DNA from: Psilocybe cubensis
Taxonomy: Eukaryota
Direction: 5' to 3'
NCBI GenBank assembly: GCA_017499595.2
Contig: CM039005.1
Coordinates: 2,728,001 to 2,792,000, forward strand
Length of the DNA stretch: 64,000 nucleotides
The notes under the pieces are model-generated. The model did no database searches. It saw only the letters and a program-made list of their open reading frames with translations, and was not told the origin of the DNA. How positions within the stretch are numbered: position 1 is the first letter of the stretch; the number at the start of each line of letters is the position of its first letter. Shown here in pieces: positions 51,377 through 64,000 of this stretch. A program made the translations under genes and the position numbers.

Positions 51377-54300
51377 ATGTCTGAACACTTCAGGGTTATC
51401 GAAGACATGGAAGACGAAGATATGGTGGAGGACGGACCACCGGACGATCTCTATTTTCATCCTGAACCAGGGAGAGAGTCTCTGTCTGGGGACGAGCAGT
51501 GGGTCCCAGGTAGTAGAAAACCTTATCAGCCAGATCCGTTATTCTATGACGCACTATCGGAACGTTCGAGCAATACTCCTCTTCGAGAACGTTCAGAAGA
51601 GCCCGACTTGCTTGATACACCTCGACCAAACCGAATTCTAGGGCATGGCGAGGAACCAAATCAACCTATGCCGTTGTCGCCTACCAAGCGAATGAAGCGT
51701 ACACGGAGTACCTCGCCTGGGCCTGACTCTGAAGACGGCTCCGTTGAAGCAGCTTCAATGGAGGTGTCACCGACGGATAGCAGCGGTCAACTTGAAACGT
51801 TGCCAACTGTTCAAAGCCTTGTCGAAGCCGCAGCCGGTCCTTCATCTGACGATCCAATGTCACACCGGGATCAGCTAGTGGATCTCAGGATTTCTCGCAA
51901 CAAACGGCGTCACAGGCATTTAAAGGTGCCTCAAGAGGCGAAAATTGTCATTTCTAATGAGAAGTTAAGGAAGCAGGTTCGCACTTTGCAGCATTTAGTG
52001 CACACTACAGAAGCAGTAAGTGGTAGATCCCACCCGATGAATTCTGCAGCCAACTTTTGCTACAGGGAGAAGTATTGAAAGTAAGACAAGAGAAGGCCGT
52101 TCTGCAATTGGGTCTTCATGAGGCCCAAACTCTAATTTCTTCACAAGAGGTAGGTTTAACATCACTCCCATTTCCCTTAAACTGAATATTTTGCAGGACC
52201 GGACGGCTGATGTCTCTTCGGAACGAGATGACCTAGAGGTAAAATTGAATACTTCTGAAGTAGGTTTAACCTTTCTGATTGAACTAAATGTATTCACGCT
52301 TACATACGCCACCGTAGAAACAACTGGAGACTGTCGAATCAGAGCTAACAGAGGCCCGAGTGAGTAGTAGTGTTTCTTGTCTCTTGATCAGTCATCCTTC
52401 ATGATGCTTTTGCAGAACAATGTACGAAATCTACTTGCCGATACTGAATCGAAGGACCACATTATATCCAATCTTAATGCCGCTGTAACGTCAAAGACCA
52501 AAGAAATTTCCAAGCTAAACGAGATGGTGCAAGCAAGGGATAAAGATCTCTCCGGCCTACTTGCCGCTTTCGAATCCAAGGACGTTGAACTGCGCAAACT
52601 CAAGTCTGATATGGTCTCAGCTGAAGCTCACAAGAAGCAATCAGACGTCATTATCGTACGCTTTGGCATCCTTTCTCTTGACCTCATTAATTTTGTTTGC
52701 AGTCTGACCTTCGGAAAGAAATGAAGACTACCACCGAGACCTTGAAGGCAGAGGTTCTTACCCAAAAAGCGTCTGTCGAACTTTTGAAACGTTCAGCCGA
52801 GGATTCGCTGGAGCAGGCAAAGCGATTGAAAGAAGATGCCTCTACAGAGATGAAAAAGGCGAACCGATTGAGGGAACATTACACCAATGTGAGTAGATTA
52901 TATCGTGTTTAAGTCATATGCTCCTTACATTTAATTTAGAGTATGAAAAATCTTGACCGACTGATTGAAGAAGCAAGCAACGAAGTGGAAAACGCCCACA
53001 ACAATTGTTCTGGATTCCAGAGAGCCAGTCAGGAAGCCTCGGCACAGATTGCAGAGTTGAAAGCAAAATTAAAGATCGCCGAAATCAAGCTCCAAGCAAT
53101 GGCCGTTCCCGTCGACGCAAGTAAGGGCAAAGATAAGGCGCCTACCACCACCGCACCAACGAACGTGGTAAATCGTAAAGTTACCTCCGTGATTAGTAAC
53201 CGTGGTCTAATGTTTGTCTTTCAGGCCTCTGTCAATACCGGTCAGGATAAAGAAATGCAATCCTCCAATATACCAACAACAGCTGTGGTAAGACAGTTTT
53301 CCCCCTGATTGGTAACCGTGATTTAAAGTCCGTTGTGATTTAGGACCACGTCAATTCCGGTAAGGGTAAAGAAAAGGCATCCACCAGCACAGCAACGGTT
53401 GTGGTAAGGTGACAATATTCTCCCTGGTAACTGTGATATAACTCTTTTTGCAAGGACGATCATGATTCGAGTATCCCAAACAGAACTGATGTAAGTCGTT
53501 GTCTAGCTATTTTGATTGGGTCTGGGACACTTAGGGCCGCAAGGCGGATCATGACACACAAAGAATGGTGCAGGTGCAGATGAAAATACGCCAAGGTTGG
53601 CTCTCAAAGTACAAATCTATCAAACCTTCAATGAGTTTCGGCCGTGGAAACGCACAAGCTGGTCTGAGCGGTACACAGACAGGCGAAGATGAGGATGATC
53701 CCATGGAAGGGTGGAATGGAGAAATACTCCAGCATGCCTATGATGATAACGACACTTTGAGTGTTAATAAAAAGGGTCAGAAAGGTAAAACGAGTCAATC
53801 GATTATTTCCGCCGATTTCTCCATCCATAGAGGGAAGGGATTGCAGATTGTAGAAAGTGAGGACGAGGTTATGTCGCACATGCAGAGCGCAAACGGTGAC
53901 GACGCTGATGTTGATGGCGATGACGACATTGATCAAGAAGAAGAGGATGAAGAGGAGGATAACGAGGAAGGAGATGAGGATAACGAGGACGAAGATGGGG
54001 GTAATGAAGACGAAGGGGAAAGAGCACAAACCGATATCCTCACCAGGACAGGTTCTGCCTCTACACTTGGAGGCCGATACTCGAGAGATGCCTCGCTATC
54101 GTTTGTGATGAAAGGCAAGAACGGTACAAAAAGGGAAAAAATTGCGTTAGAGAAGGACAATAAAAAAGTCCGAAAACAATATCTTGTAAGATTTTTTTTT
54201 GCCAATGTCAATGGATGCTGACCGGAAGATAGGCCCTCATTCGCAGCGTCGTGAAGGACAAATTTGGCGTAGAACGAGACCCGGATTTTGTCAATCACAT

Positions 54301-55187
54301 ACCACCAAGTCCCGGCGACATTATGCGATTCGAAACCACGATGCGCCCAGAAGATGGCCCCAAGATAGCAGATCTCCGCATTGACATGAAGGGCGAAATA
54401 TCCAGCGATTGGAACGAAGAACTCGTATCTATACTGGTTACATTTGCGACCAACAGAAAGGTCTCGCAATTCCCTGACCTTCCTCATCGGCCCCAAGACT
54501 ACCTAGCTCAAATGTTCTTTCAAAAGCTGGAGCGCGTAAGGACCTTTTGGAGGAATAACCAGCCTCGGGCTACCGATCTGGGAACAATAGAAACCAACGC
54601 CGAAAGGGAAGCAAGAGTGGAGGCAAAAAGGAAAAAAGATGAGAAAAGGAGTCGAAAGAATAGTAGACGTGCAAACGTGCGTGTTTCACGGTCTATGTAA
54701 TTCAACAACTGATATAATCATACAGAAATATTTCGACCGTTTATTCACAGTCCGAAGGAAGATCGAAGAAAGCGAGAAAAGGGGCGACACCGCGATGTTT
54801 ATCCTATGGAGCCGTTTGCTGTCACTTCTCGAGGCCCTAGAGGAAGATGGAATGAGCTCGGAGGACTCTGAAGCTGACGATGGGGAGGCCGTATATCATG
54901 TCAGGCAGATGCCGTATCGTCGCAACGTTGACAAGCATATGGCAATCATCGACGCTGAAACAAAGCGTTATAGAGGCGCCGTCACTACTCAAGGCTCAAA
55001 CAAATTACGACGAATTAGAGGGGAAGATATATTTTCCCTTCGCAGACCTTTCGTCGGGAAACCGAGACCACTTTATGCACCGCCTTGGTTAAAACAGCAG
55101 ACCCGAACGACTATCAACAGGCTGAAAATTCCAGAAAAACATCCATTCAAATTTTTCGAGATCAAGGTGCCGGACCCGAGTGCATGA
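51377..55187 (+). CDS. Multi-exon acidic/coiled-coil protein with GMSSEDSE domain, copy 3
   Basis: Homologous exons to copies 1 and 2, shorter coiled coil, identical C-terminus. Confidence 0.8.
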
Positions 55188-56614
55188 GTAGTCATTTCTG
55201 TTAGCTCAAATCGTGCAGTCATTAGTAACTATTGAAAATGATATGATCTTCGGCCTGATAATATGTACCTGTAATTATACCGCCAGTTGCATGAACCTTT
55301 GATCACGAATCATGTTAGACAAAAGAGGTACGATACTTAGTACGATGGTAGAATCGACTGAATTAGACTATATGCTACCTGTTAGACAAAACAGGTATGA
55401 TACTGTGTATGCGTAAGTAATGGATTTCAATAAAAATTATGTATTCAAGTATGTAGAAAGCATATATACACATCAGTGCCTTTAAAATTTGAGTAAGTGC
55501 TATCAATTCAGTAGAATCCGTCTGGATGTTATCTGCCAGCCGAGGTGCCGCAACACAGCCACATTTATGTACTTGTGCATTCAATTCACGCTCGACGGGC
55601 ATTCTGGTTTGTTTTTTTTGAGGCTTTTTGGGTGATATTATGGATTGTATGGACATTAAATGATACCCATGGGTAAAAAAATATCATAGCAATTCACAGT
55701 ACAGACAAAGTAAAAGATACATATTTACTTAGACTACTTCTCAGATGCGCATCAGTGCGAAATTTTGAAAATTAGCCTCTTGTTTCACACAATATTTCAC
55801 AAAATTTGTGTTTGTGACAATCCATACATATTGTCAAGCACTTTCAACTCATTTTTCTTCAAAATTTTGATTGAAAGAAAGCATTGTGACATCAACTAAA
55901 CAGACAGTAGATTACAATGCAATATAAACCAATACAATAATTTTTTAGTCTTACAAATCCACCCAATTTTTGGGGCCCGGTTTACAATGTCAAGCAATAT
56001 CTTTATTAGCTTTAAAATATCCAAACAATTATTTGTTTTACCCTGCAAATTCAAGTAAGAATTTTTGTATGTTTATGACAAGTCTGGTTGACTGACCATT
56101 ACATAACCGGTTGACATAGGGGCCGTATGTCTTGGCCTGGCGCATGTGTTAAATATAACATATGATCGCTCATTTGAAGTTCCAATCACGGTAGGTGTTA
56201 TATTTCTATACGTATACATCAAATAAGAATACTAATCTGTTCAAAATTTGTCAATATCAAGCTCATTGTCGACAATGATGACCAAAAAGGGCGTGGAAAA
56301 GCGTGCCGCAGTTGTCAACAATGGTGGCGCACCAAGGGGGTGCCGGTGTTCAAAATTTGGACACCACCTAGGTAGGTAGGTTGGCTGATCAGCCCCCCAA
56401 AAAAAATGTACCATATTTTTTTTGTCTAATTTCTGAGGAATTTTACGGTCCAAAGTTGTCTGTAATCAAGTTTAGAGCATTTTGGACTATATTTCATAGA
56501 TAAATTATGTTTTTTAAACAAACACAATACCAATCTCGTTGAAATTTAGGTTAAAATCTTCATGATAGGTGGCTGGGCTTCAAGCAACACAGATATTTGA
56601 CCTAATTTTGACTG

Positions 56615-56990
56615 AGATCATTGATTTACCATCTGGACGACTGCTCAATCTGGTGGATGCATACACAATCTGCCCTGACTGCCAAAAGGCTATTAAGTGT
56701 GGTTTCGGAGGATCAAAGAACCTAAATCTACGCCATTGAGGAACAGCCAAATGTAAAGCCGCAGCAGCAAAGCTATCCACAAAGCCCAAGTTGAAGGACT
56801 CGTCACTCAAAGGTTTTTTTATGAAACAAGGACCAGCATTAGTCTGTATACCTACTACAACAGCTCTTCTAGTAATCCTACCCAAAGACACTCCACTTTG
56901 CGAGGCTACAACAACAGACAATGTTCCGAGCCAGCCATCTCTCTCTGTAACCCCAGAACCCAAACTTTTCAATGTCTTGGCCCTTGGCAA
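56615..56990 (+). pseudogene. Decayed CxxC..H..C zinc-finger ORF, probably transposon-derived
   Basis: CPDCQKAIKCGFGGSKNLNLRH*GTAKCK..KLKDSSLKGFFMKQ, with an internal stop. Confidence 0.4.
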
Positions 56991-57136
56991 TTCCCATTTT
57001 AGGCAAATTTGATTGTTATGTAATGGTCACGAGGTAGGTAGGTTGCCCAAATTACCTCGAAATAAAAAATATGAGGTCATGTTTTTTTTTTGAATCCAGT
57101 ACCCCCTTGCGGTGCGCTTTTTCTTTTTAACACCAC

Positions 57137-58718
57137 TGTTAGGAATTGACTTAAGTCAAGAGAGAAGAGTGTCCAAAGACCAAGTTGATATCAAAGCTGG
57201 GGTCTGACTACTGACCCCAGGACCCTATATATACATGGAGACCAGAGTAACTACTTCCCGGACCAGAGTACTCGACATGTGACAACTATCAATAGATGAA
57301 ACAGGAGAACAATAGACGTGGGACCAAACACAAAGATAGAACAAGGCATGACAGCGTGGGACCATAACAGATAACGATAACGGATAGGGGTGGCACCAAT
57401 ATGTACCCTGACATTACCTCCCCTCTAAAGGTTGGTGTCCCAACGACCTGGTCTTCACCGTGGACGGTTTGCACCAAAGACACGAGGCGGTCCACCGCCA
57501 CGACGCGCGGTCTGAATTCCCTCCCTAGGCTGAATAGGCCCAAGACGAGAGTAACCGTCAGAGTGTTGCTGCGGAGCCCTGAGAGCGTCCACCTCCATAG
57601 GCAAACCAGGGGCGAGTGACAAAGATAGGCTGGAGCGAGTGTTAATAGCCGTAGGAGTGGGCGAATGCGGAAAAGCCATCCCGGAACGGGATGTCTGCGT
57701 AGTTGGGGTAGAGCTTGAGGTTGGAGTAGGAGAAGGAGGTTCAACGACAAGGGTAGGAGGGGTGGCAGTGGGCGCAGGAGGCTGTTTAGGCTTCTTGGAC
57801 CTAGGGTTGCGGATGCGACAACGGGCAATCCGCTTGCTGATAGCAGAAAGAGCATCACCAACTTTACGAGTGGTGCCCCTGATAGTAACGGCACGCAACC
57901 GGAGGTGACAACGGGGGAGACCGAGATCTTTGCATGCAAGATGTCGTGGATTTGGCATAAGCCAGTTTCCGCGTGCTCTATGATGTGGCCAGCCTGTTCG
58001 TCCGCAATAGACAGGGTAGCGACAATCTTCTCAAGGGCGGCTTTGGTAGTAGTAGAGCGGATGGATTAGGAGTGCGGGGGCCCTGTAGTAGGGGTAGAGG
58101 TAGGTGCAGCCGGGTGTTCCTTCCTAGAGGTGCGTCAAGCGCGAGATGCGCGAGCAGAGGGAGTGGGAGCGGCAGGCGGTTTGGGTAGGGAGGCCGTGAG
58201 GTGTTCAAGTTTAGACTTGATGGCAGACAGTCGGTCATCAACCTTTTTATTGGCATCAAACCTGACTTGCTACGCCCTAAAGCGGAGGGCAAAACGGTCC
58301 TTGAGGGACATTGTTATAAACCCATCGTAAGGCGAAGGAGGGTTGGCCATAGAGTATAGTAGGTGGAGGCAAGGTAGAATGGAGTAGACGAGCGCTGCAG
58401 TGGATAGAGTACTAGGGCAATATTGGGTAGCTTCGATATGCTGTTAGGAATCGACTTAAGTCAAGAAAGAAGAATGCCCAAAGACCAAGTTGATATTGAA
58501 GCTGGGGTCTGACTACTGACCCTAGGACCCTATATATACATGGAGACCGGAGTAACTACTTCCCGGACCAGAGTACTCAACATGTAACAACTATCAATAG
58601 ATGAAACAGGAGAACGATAGACGTGGGACCAAACACAAAGATAGAACAAGGCATGATAGCATGGGACCGTAACAAATAACGATAACAGATAGGGGTGGCA
58701 CCAATATGTACCCTGACA
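57137..58718 (-). mobile_element. Non-autonomous Ty3/Gypsy (Tf1/chromovirus-like) LTR retroelement, 1582 bp, 277-bp LTRs, TSD ACCAC
   Basis: LTRs 57137-57413 and 58442-58718 (TG..CA). TSD accac at 57132-57136 and 58719-58723. PPT agaggggaggtaa on the minus strand next to 57413. Internal ~1 kb has only broken Pro-rich ORFs and no pol. Confidence 0.93.
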
Positions 58719-60209
58719 ACCACCACCACAACTACCACAACCAAAACCCGCCACAGCGTGCCAGCAACTTGTCACCACCACCATATAACGGCATCAGCAG
58801 AGATAACCAAAGACTGGAAATGGATGAGAATGGTGAGTTTTTAATATTAAAAGCATGAACTCACTGTTAATTTTTTTTTGTACTCCAAGGAGTACAATTC
58901 GGCCTTGCAATCAATCGCGACAGCCTCAGGCTTAACATTGCCGTTAATGGCCACAACAGGCATACCAACATTGGTGTCAATATCGATACCGACAACAAGA
59001 TTGAGATAGTGCTCAGTGTCAATGAGCCAGCAACCAGGCAAGTCAACACCAAACCCATCACTTTGACCAATGGCCAAATTCAAGAGTGGGAGGGAACAGG
59101 TCAACCAGTAGTTGTTGTCGCAAATTGTATTGAGACATTGAGGACCGTCAAAGGCAGCAACATCGAGATGCATGATGGGGAGGGGGATGATCAAGACATC
59201 GAGATGGAATAAATGAACTGTTGGACAGGCACTCAGAGTTTAATGTATAGTGCACAGGTACAACAATGAAAACTTGTTTTATTTTTCAAAATACATCCAT
59301 GTGAGATTTGTATACCCCTCCCTCCCCATATCAATGCCTCTTTGTGTCTGGACAAACACGCAGATGTAGACCGCTGTGTGCTGTACCACAGATTAATGCC
59401 ATATTTCTCTACCACATCCAATTTGCACAGCGTAATGCTGTTGTTGGTGCTGTGCAAGAATCACTCTGGATGAACAGTTAGTGTGCAGAGGCGGGTTCAG
59501 GATGCAGGGTTGACTCTACAGCAGATGGTGAATGGCACAGGATGCGCAGTAAGTGCACAGTTGTGATGGGTGTGAACAGAGATACTCACAGCAGGAGCTG
59601 CTGCTGCAGTATTTTCCTCAGGACTTGATGTCAGGAGTCGTCTTTTCACCTTGAGCCGTTGTCAACGCTGTTTGATATGTTTCTGTTGCGTCTTTGGAGT
59701 TTCATTGGCAATAGAAGCACTGGTGGAGAGTGTTAACGCTGAGTGGGAGGGTTGATGAGTATTGGGTGGGAGTAGTGATATAGGAGGGGCAGATTGAAGG
59801 GACTGGAGACACAATGAGCAACATTAAGCATCACAGTGAGCATGATTGACACACCTTGGAAGTGCACTGCTGCTATCCTGCTTCCACAGATGTTGAGTCA
59901 ACAATGTGCCAACGCCGACGCTTGCTCGTCGCTACGCAGAGAGGCAAGTCGGGCCCTACACAACGCACTGGATAAGTAAGGATAGAAGGGGAAATGCATG
60001 GCAAGTGAAAGGAGAGAGAGATAGCAGTATTAAAAAAAGAAGAGGCAGGTGTAAAAGAACTGAACTACAACTTGACAATCTCAATGAATTGGGTGAAAAT
60101 GCTGAGCATGTTGAAAAAGAGGTCGGCAGCAGTTGCGGTAATTCAAGTCACCTCCTTTGTCAATGAGTATTGGTAGCACAATTTCTTCCCAAAAAGAGGA
60201 TGTACCTTT

Positions 60210-60500
60210 CCACATGTAACCTCACTTGCATCCGCAACCATTGCAAGCGTTGTGATTGCCTGCTCCTGCACATACCACCTCACCTGCGTCTGGTCACTGC
60301 TTGGATTCAACAACTTCAGCAATTGTTCAACAATTGGCTCAAGGTAGAGAAGAAAGGTATCACGCTCGACGCCCTTGCAGAAGTTGATAAGTGCCAACAC
60401 GGTGTGCACATAGACTTGTGGTTCAGGGTCTTTGAGGGCAGGGATGAGGACAGCAAAGAGTTGGCGGTGGAAGCAGTCTTGGATGATTGCCTGGCCATGT
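60210..60500 (-). pseudogene. Captured fragment of importin-5 (Pse1/Kap121-like)
   Basis: LINFCKGVERDTFLLYLEPIVEQLLKLLNP..YVQEQAITTLAMVADASE resembles mid HEAT repeats of Pse1/IPO5. Flanked by intron-like sequence; rest of the gene absent. Confidence 0.75.
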
Positions 60501-61549
60501 AATGATATCAGAATTTATTACTCTTAATTCTCATCAAAGAATAGAGGAGCGTACCTTAAGATCTGTACACAATTGTCCTCTACGTGTAGTAAATCCAGTC
60601 AGTCAACATCCAAGGTGGCAATCCAAAGATATAACAAGAAAAACAAAAAAATTGATGCAAAATGCACAGTGACATTGCTAAAGAGGCAAAACAAGAAAAA
60701 TCAAAAACTTACATATACTGGCACGCTGTATACTGGACGCGAGGATGTGAATTGTTAAACATGGGTGTCACAAGGCTACATCACACAGCATTAGCACTGG
60801 CCAGAAAACCAAAAACATTAAATTTTAATACACTCAACAATTTTCTCCAGTTCCTTATGCATAACCTGCAAGTACAGAATTCAGTACAGTAAGATAACAA
60901 GTAAACTGTGGCTGCACAAACGTACCTTGCCAGTCTCTTCTCCAAATCAACCCAGCATGCCTCATGCGCCAATCATAGCTTGCCATACTGCTGGCGCTGA
61001 TACATATTTGATAGAAAAATATGTATTGGTAATTATGTTTCCTGTTAGTTTTTGACATATTTTTCTTGTATATAGAGTCTGGGGTTACCCAATTAGGGAA
61101 GCCCAAAGCCTATATTCCAATAAAATACGTCAAAAAAATGTAGGAAACATAATTACTAGGTCTTATTTTCTTTGAAAATATATATGAGCACCAGTGGTGC
61201 CATCATCAATGGAATATACTGTACAAGCAAAATAGTGAATATACATGCAGTTAAAACACGCAAAAAATTGAAAAATCAAGAAGTACAGCATACCTGGAAC
61301 ACAAGTGGCAAAATTGCATGTCCACCCATCACACACGCGAGCCTGTCCAAACTCTGCTTGTACAGTGTGGGAGGTGCATCTGTCTCTGCTAGACTTGAAG
61401 CAGTCAAGGGCTGTCAAAGATTGCATAAGTCAAAGATGCAAAGACAAAGTCAGAGCCTGACAAAACATGTGTTTCTTGTGCACCCGCCACCACCCAACGT
61501 CCCGGATCAATCAAGGAGAGCAGTGATGAAAGCGCAGAAGTGCGGGTTT

Positions 61550-61826
61550 TGTCAGGGTACGTATTGGTGCCACCCCTATCCGTTATTGTTATCTGTTATG
61601 GTCCCACGCTGTCATGCCTTGTTCTATCTTTGTGTTTGGTCCCACGTCTATCATTCTCCTGTTTCATCTATTGATAGTTGTCATATGTCGAGTACTCTGG
61701 TCCGGGAAGTAGTTACTCCGGTCTCCATGTATATATAGGGTCCTGGGGTCAGTAGTCAGACCCCAGCTTCAATATCAACTTGGTCTTTGGGCATTCTTCT
61801 CTTTTGACTTAAGTCGATTCCTAACA
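61550..61826 (+). mobile_element. Solo LTR of the same family, TSD GGTTT
   Basis: 277 bp tgtcagggtac..cctaaca, the reverse complement of the 57137 and 58442 LTRs. ggttt at 61545-61549 and 61827-61831. Confidence 0.95.
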
Positions 61827-62589
61827 GGTTTAGACTCTCAAGAGCGCCACATCTTCTGGTGGGGGCAAGGAAGATATCAAGAATTGTCCTGGCAGCATTG
61901 TCACAAGAAGGATTACATTTGACTGTGTGTGTGAGGATACAAAAACAATGACAACACAGATGCGGATGCGTTCTACAAGTCATGTGTGGTGTCTGGTCTG
62001 AATGAATAGGTTTGGGGGTGCTCTCAGAATGCAGGCTATAATGCGCAGTGAGGCAGAAGAGATGCCGCATTGGGGGCATTTGCATTGCCACGGTGCGCAT
62101 CAAGAGTAATCTTGGATGCACATCAAATGTGTTGCTACTGCTAATGCACATCAGCCATATTGCCAATGTGCGCATTAGCGGGATACGCATCAAACGCCGT
62201 GGCGCGCGCATACACAGCACACACGTGGTGCGCGCATACACATTTGATGCGTATCTGTTCCCACTCCCCCTATATTCATGAGAAGGCAACAAAGACATGA
62301 CACCAAACTCTGAATAGTGAGGATGTGGGGGTGGGGACACATATGAGCTTGTCCTATAGTTCTGGTTCTGGGTTGAAAAAGAAGGCAGAAACTGTGATTC
62401 AGGGCATGGATACATATATGGGTGTGGATATTGTTGTTGAGTATAAATACATTGTGAGTAGTGGTGTAAATCCGTGAATAAAGAAACAAGAAAAAAGTGC
62501 TACCTATCTACAAGGATTCTTGGTTACAGGGATATGTTTATGGACAAATGCCGCTGACCAAGCTTGCACCAATTCCCTTAGAACACAGA

Positions 62590-63200
62590 CTGGCTTATTT
62601 TTGAGAAGGCTCTTCTAGTCTTGAAGTGTTAAAGGTTGCGCTTTGCCATTTTGAATTAATTCCAGCCTAGTTTGGTACTAGTACTTGTTGTGTTCAGTCT
62701 ATTCTAGCCATCCTATCCCATTTCTGTTGATTTCATTCCATACCGCAGGGGGAGGAAACCAAGACTTGACTCCAACCTGATTTTTAAAATCTAAAAACTA
62801 CATTAAATAGAGCTGTTAGTTAAATGTAGTGAACACTTACCCGTCATGAGAGAATACGACCCGATAATAATTGCAATTTCGTGTTTTGTAAGCCCGTCAT
62901 TGCAGTAAGCCAGCAACTTGGCCTCTGGATTAGCAACATATCTGCGTCCATTTCTCAGTAACTCTACTGATGGGCCTTGCAGAACAGACTCTGTGCTCAG
63001 AAACTCTTTGGCTATTTGTCCTATTATTCTACCCATGAGTAGCGCCACACAACCGTGTTGTTGGTCTAATATCCATCGCGAAAACCGCCAAAAACATGCA
63101 TTGCCTTTGTACCCTTTTAAGGTAAGTCAGGAATTAGCCGACCTTACCAAGCCAATCAAAACATTTGTTGACCTTGGATTGCCTTTGAAAGGTTAGTGAA
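62590..63200 (-). pseudogene. Decayed hypothetical-protein gene (ALLMGRII..LQGPS..DGLT..IIIGSY|..KSWFPPPAVW..GWLE*)
   Basis: Protein-like spliced translation with several stops. Family not named. Confidence 0.4.
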
Positions 63201-63844
63201 TTATTAACTGATCTTTGCTTGGGATTTTAATATCTGTTCTTATTGTAAGTCATAGCAAAATATTTCAGATGTATGTATAATCAGAGAATTATAAATTCTA
63301 CCTTATTTTCCAATATAATTATATGCTTTGCCTTATATTGTGTTGTAAAGCTTTAGAAAAATATTTCCTTGTTAATGAAATCTTACCTGAAAATTGAAAG
63401 GCAAACCAATATCTAGATTAGTAGTGTAGGTTATTCATTGATTTTTAGTTATTATATTGATTGTTCAATATTTATAACCACGGGGCGCTCCTCACTGCTC
63501 AGAGCAAGCTCAGAGACAAAGTTCCGTGAGAGATCACATGACATAGAGTCAGACATTGGGGCCACGGAAATTGGGGACGGGGACTCTAAAAGACCGTCGC
63601 ACAACTCAAAACAACTCTGTCAAGGCTTTTCACTTCCCCATCTTCAAGAAATTAAATGGTAAGAATTTCTTCCTAACTTGTGAGATTCCTGCCGTATAAC
63701 CTCTAGCAAGTATACAGTTCCAACAGTACTAGCACACATGTGGGACTGGGTTTGGCTGGTCAGATAGTAAGTGCACATCATATTCTGTACCATCTATTCC
63801 ACAATGTACTCATTTTCAACACGAAGGTGACCGACTATCTGATT

Positions 63845-63935
63845 CTCGCACTCGGTCTCGTTCTTGCACTTGGTCTCATTCTCGCACTCGGTCTCGTTCT
63901 CGCACTCGCACTCGCACTCGGTCTCGTTCTCGCTT
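63845..63935 (+). repeat. Minisatellite ctcgcactcggtctcgtt (18-mer, ~5 units)
   Basis: Seen directly. Confidence 0.85.
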
Positions 63936-64000
63936 TTAGCATAGTTTTTTTGCTCTGCTGTTTTGACTTCTACAGTAGCTTTTTTTACTACACGTGTATT

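Noticed and set aside
1-55300. Starship element or endogenous giant virus
   Set aside because: No tyrosine recombinase captain, capsid, packaging ATPase or DNA polymerase recognised in the window, and the genes are intron-rich.
57289-58330. Long Pro-rich and antisense ORFs in the LTR element called as genes
   Set aside because: Broken frames with no recognisable RT, integrase or zinc knuckle. At most a decayed gag-like region.

Overview
Repeat-rich eukaryotic DNA, most likely from an agaricomycete fungus (short ~50-60 nt GT-AG introns with CTRAY branch points, and agaric-type F-box/BTB/WD40 families). Bases 1 to ~55.3 kb look like the interior of a large cargo-carrying mobile region. It starts with the 3' part of a CACTA/EnSpm (Tnp2-type) transposase. 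It then carries three mosaic copies of a spliced coiled-coil/acidic gene, one apparently intact Spt5/NusG-like (NGN+KOW) gene plus several relics, a USP-like cysteine protease, WD40, F-box and BTB genes, and a Pol-beta-fold nucleotidyltransferase-like gene. Many of these genes radiate outward from one recurring element: an imperfect inverted repeat (arm consensus AAATTTGATGCCGCTC-N1-2-GCCG) flanked on both sides by outward-facing CGCTTT(C/T)-pyrimidine tracts. It occurs 8 times in 3-4 sequence variants and looks like an element-specific bidirectional promoter. This shared promoter plus a private Spt5 paralog and ubiquitin-system cargo is the best candidate for an undescribed system. Smaller elements: a hAT MITE with an 8-bp TSD, a non-autonomous self-priming (Tf1-type) LTR element plus a solo LTR (both with 5-bp TSDs), two LINE RT relics and two captured importin fragments. 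The right ~9 kb looks CpG-depleted and decayed. All gene models and family calls were made by eye, without database searches.
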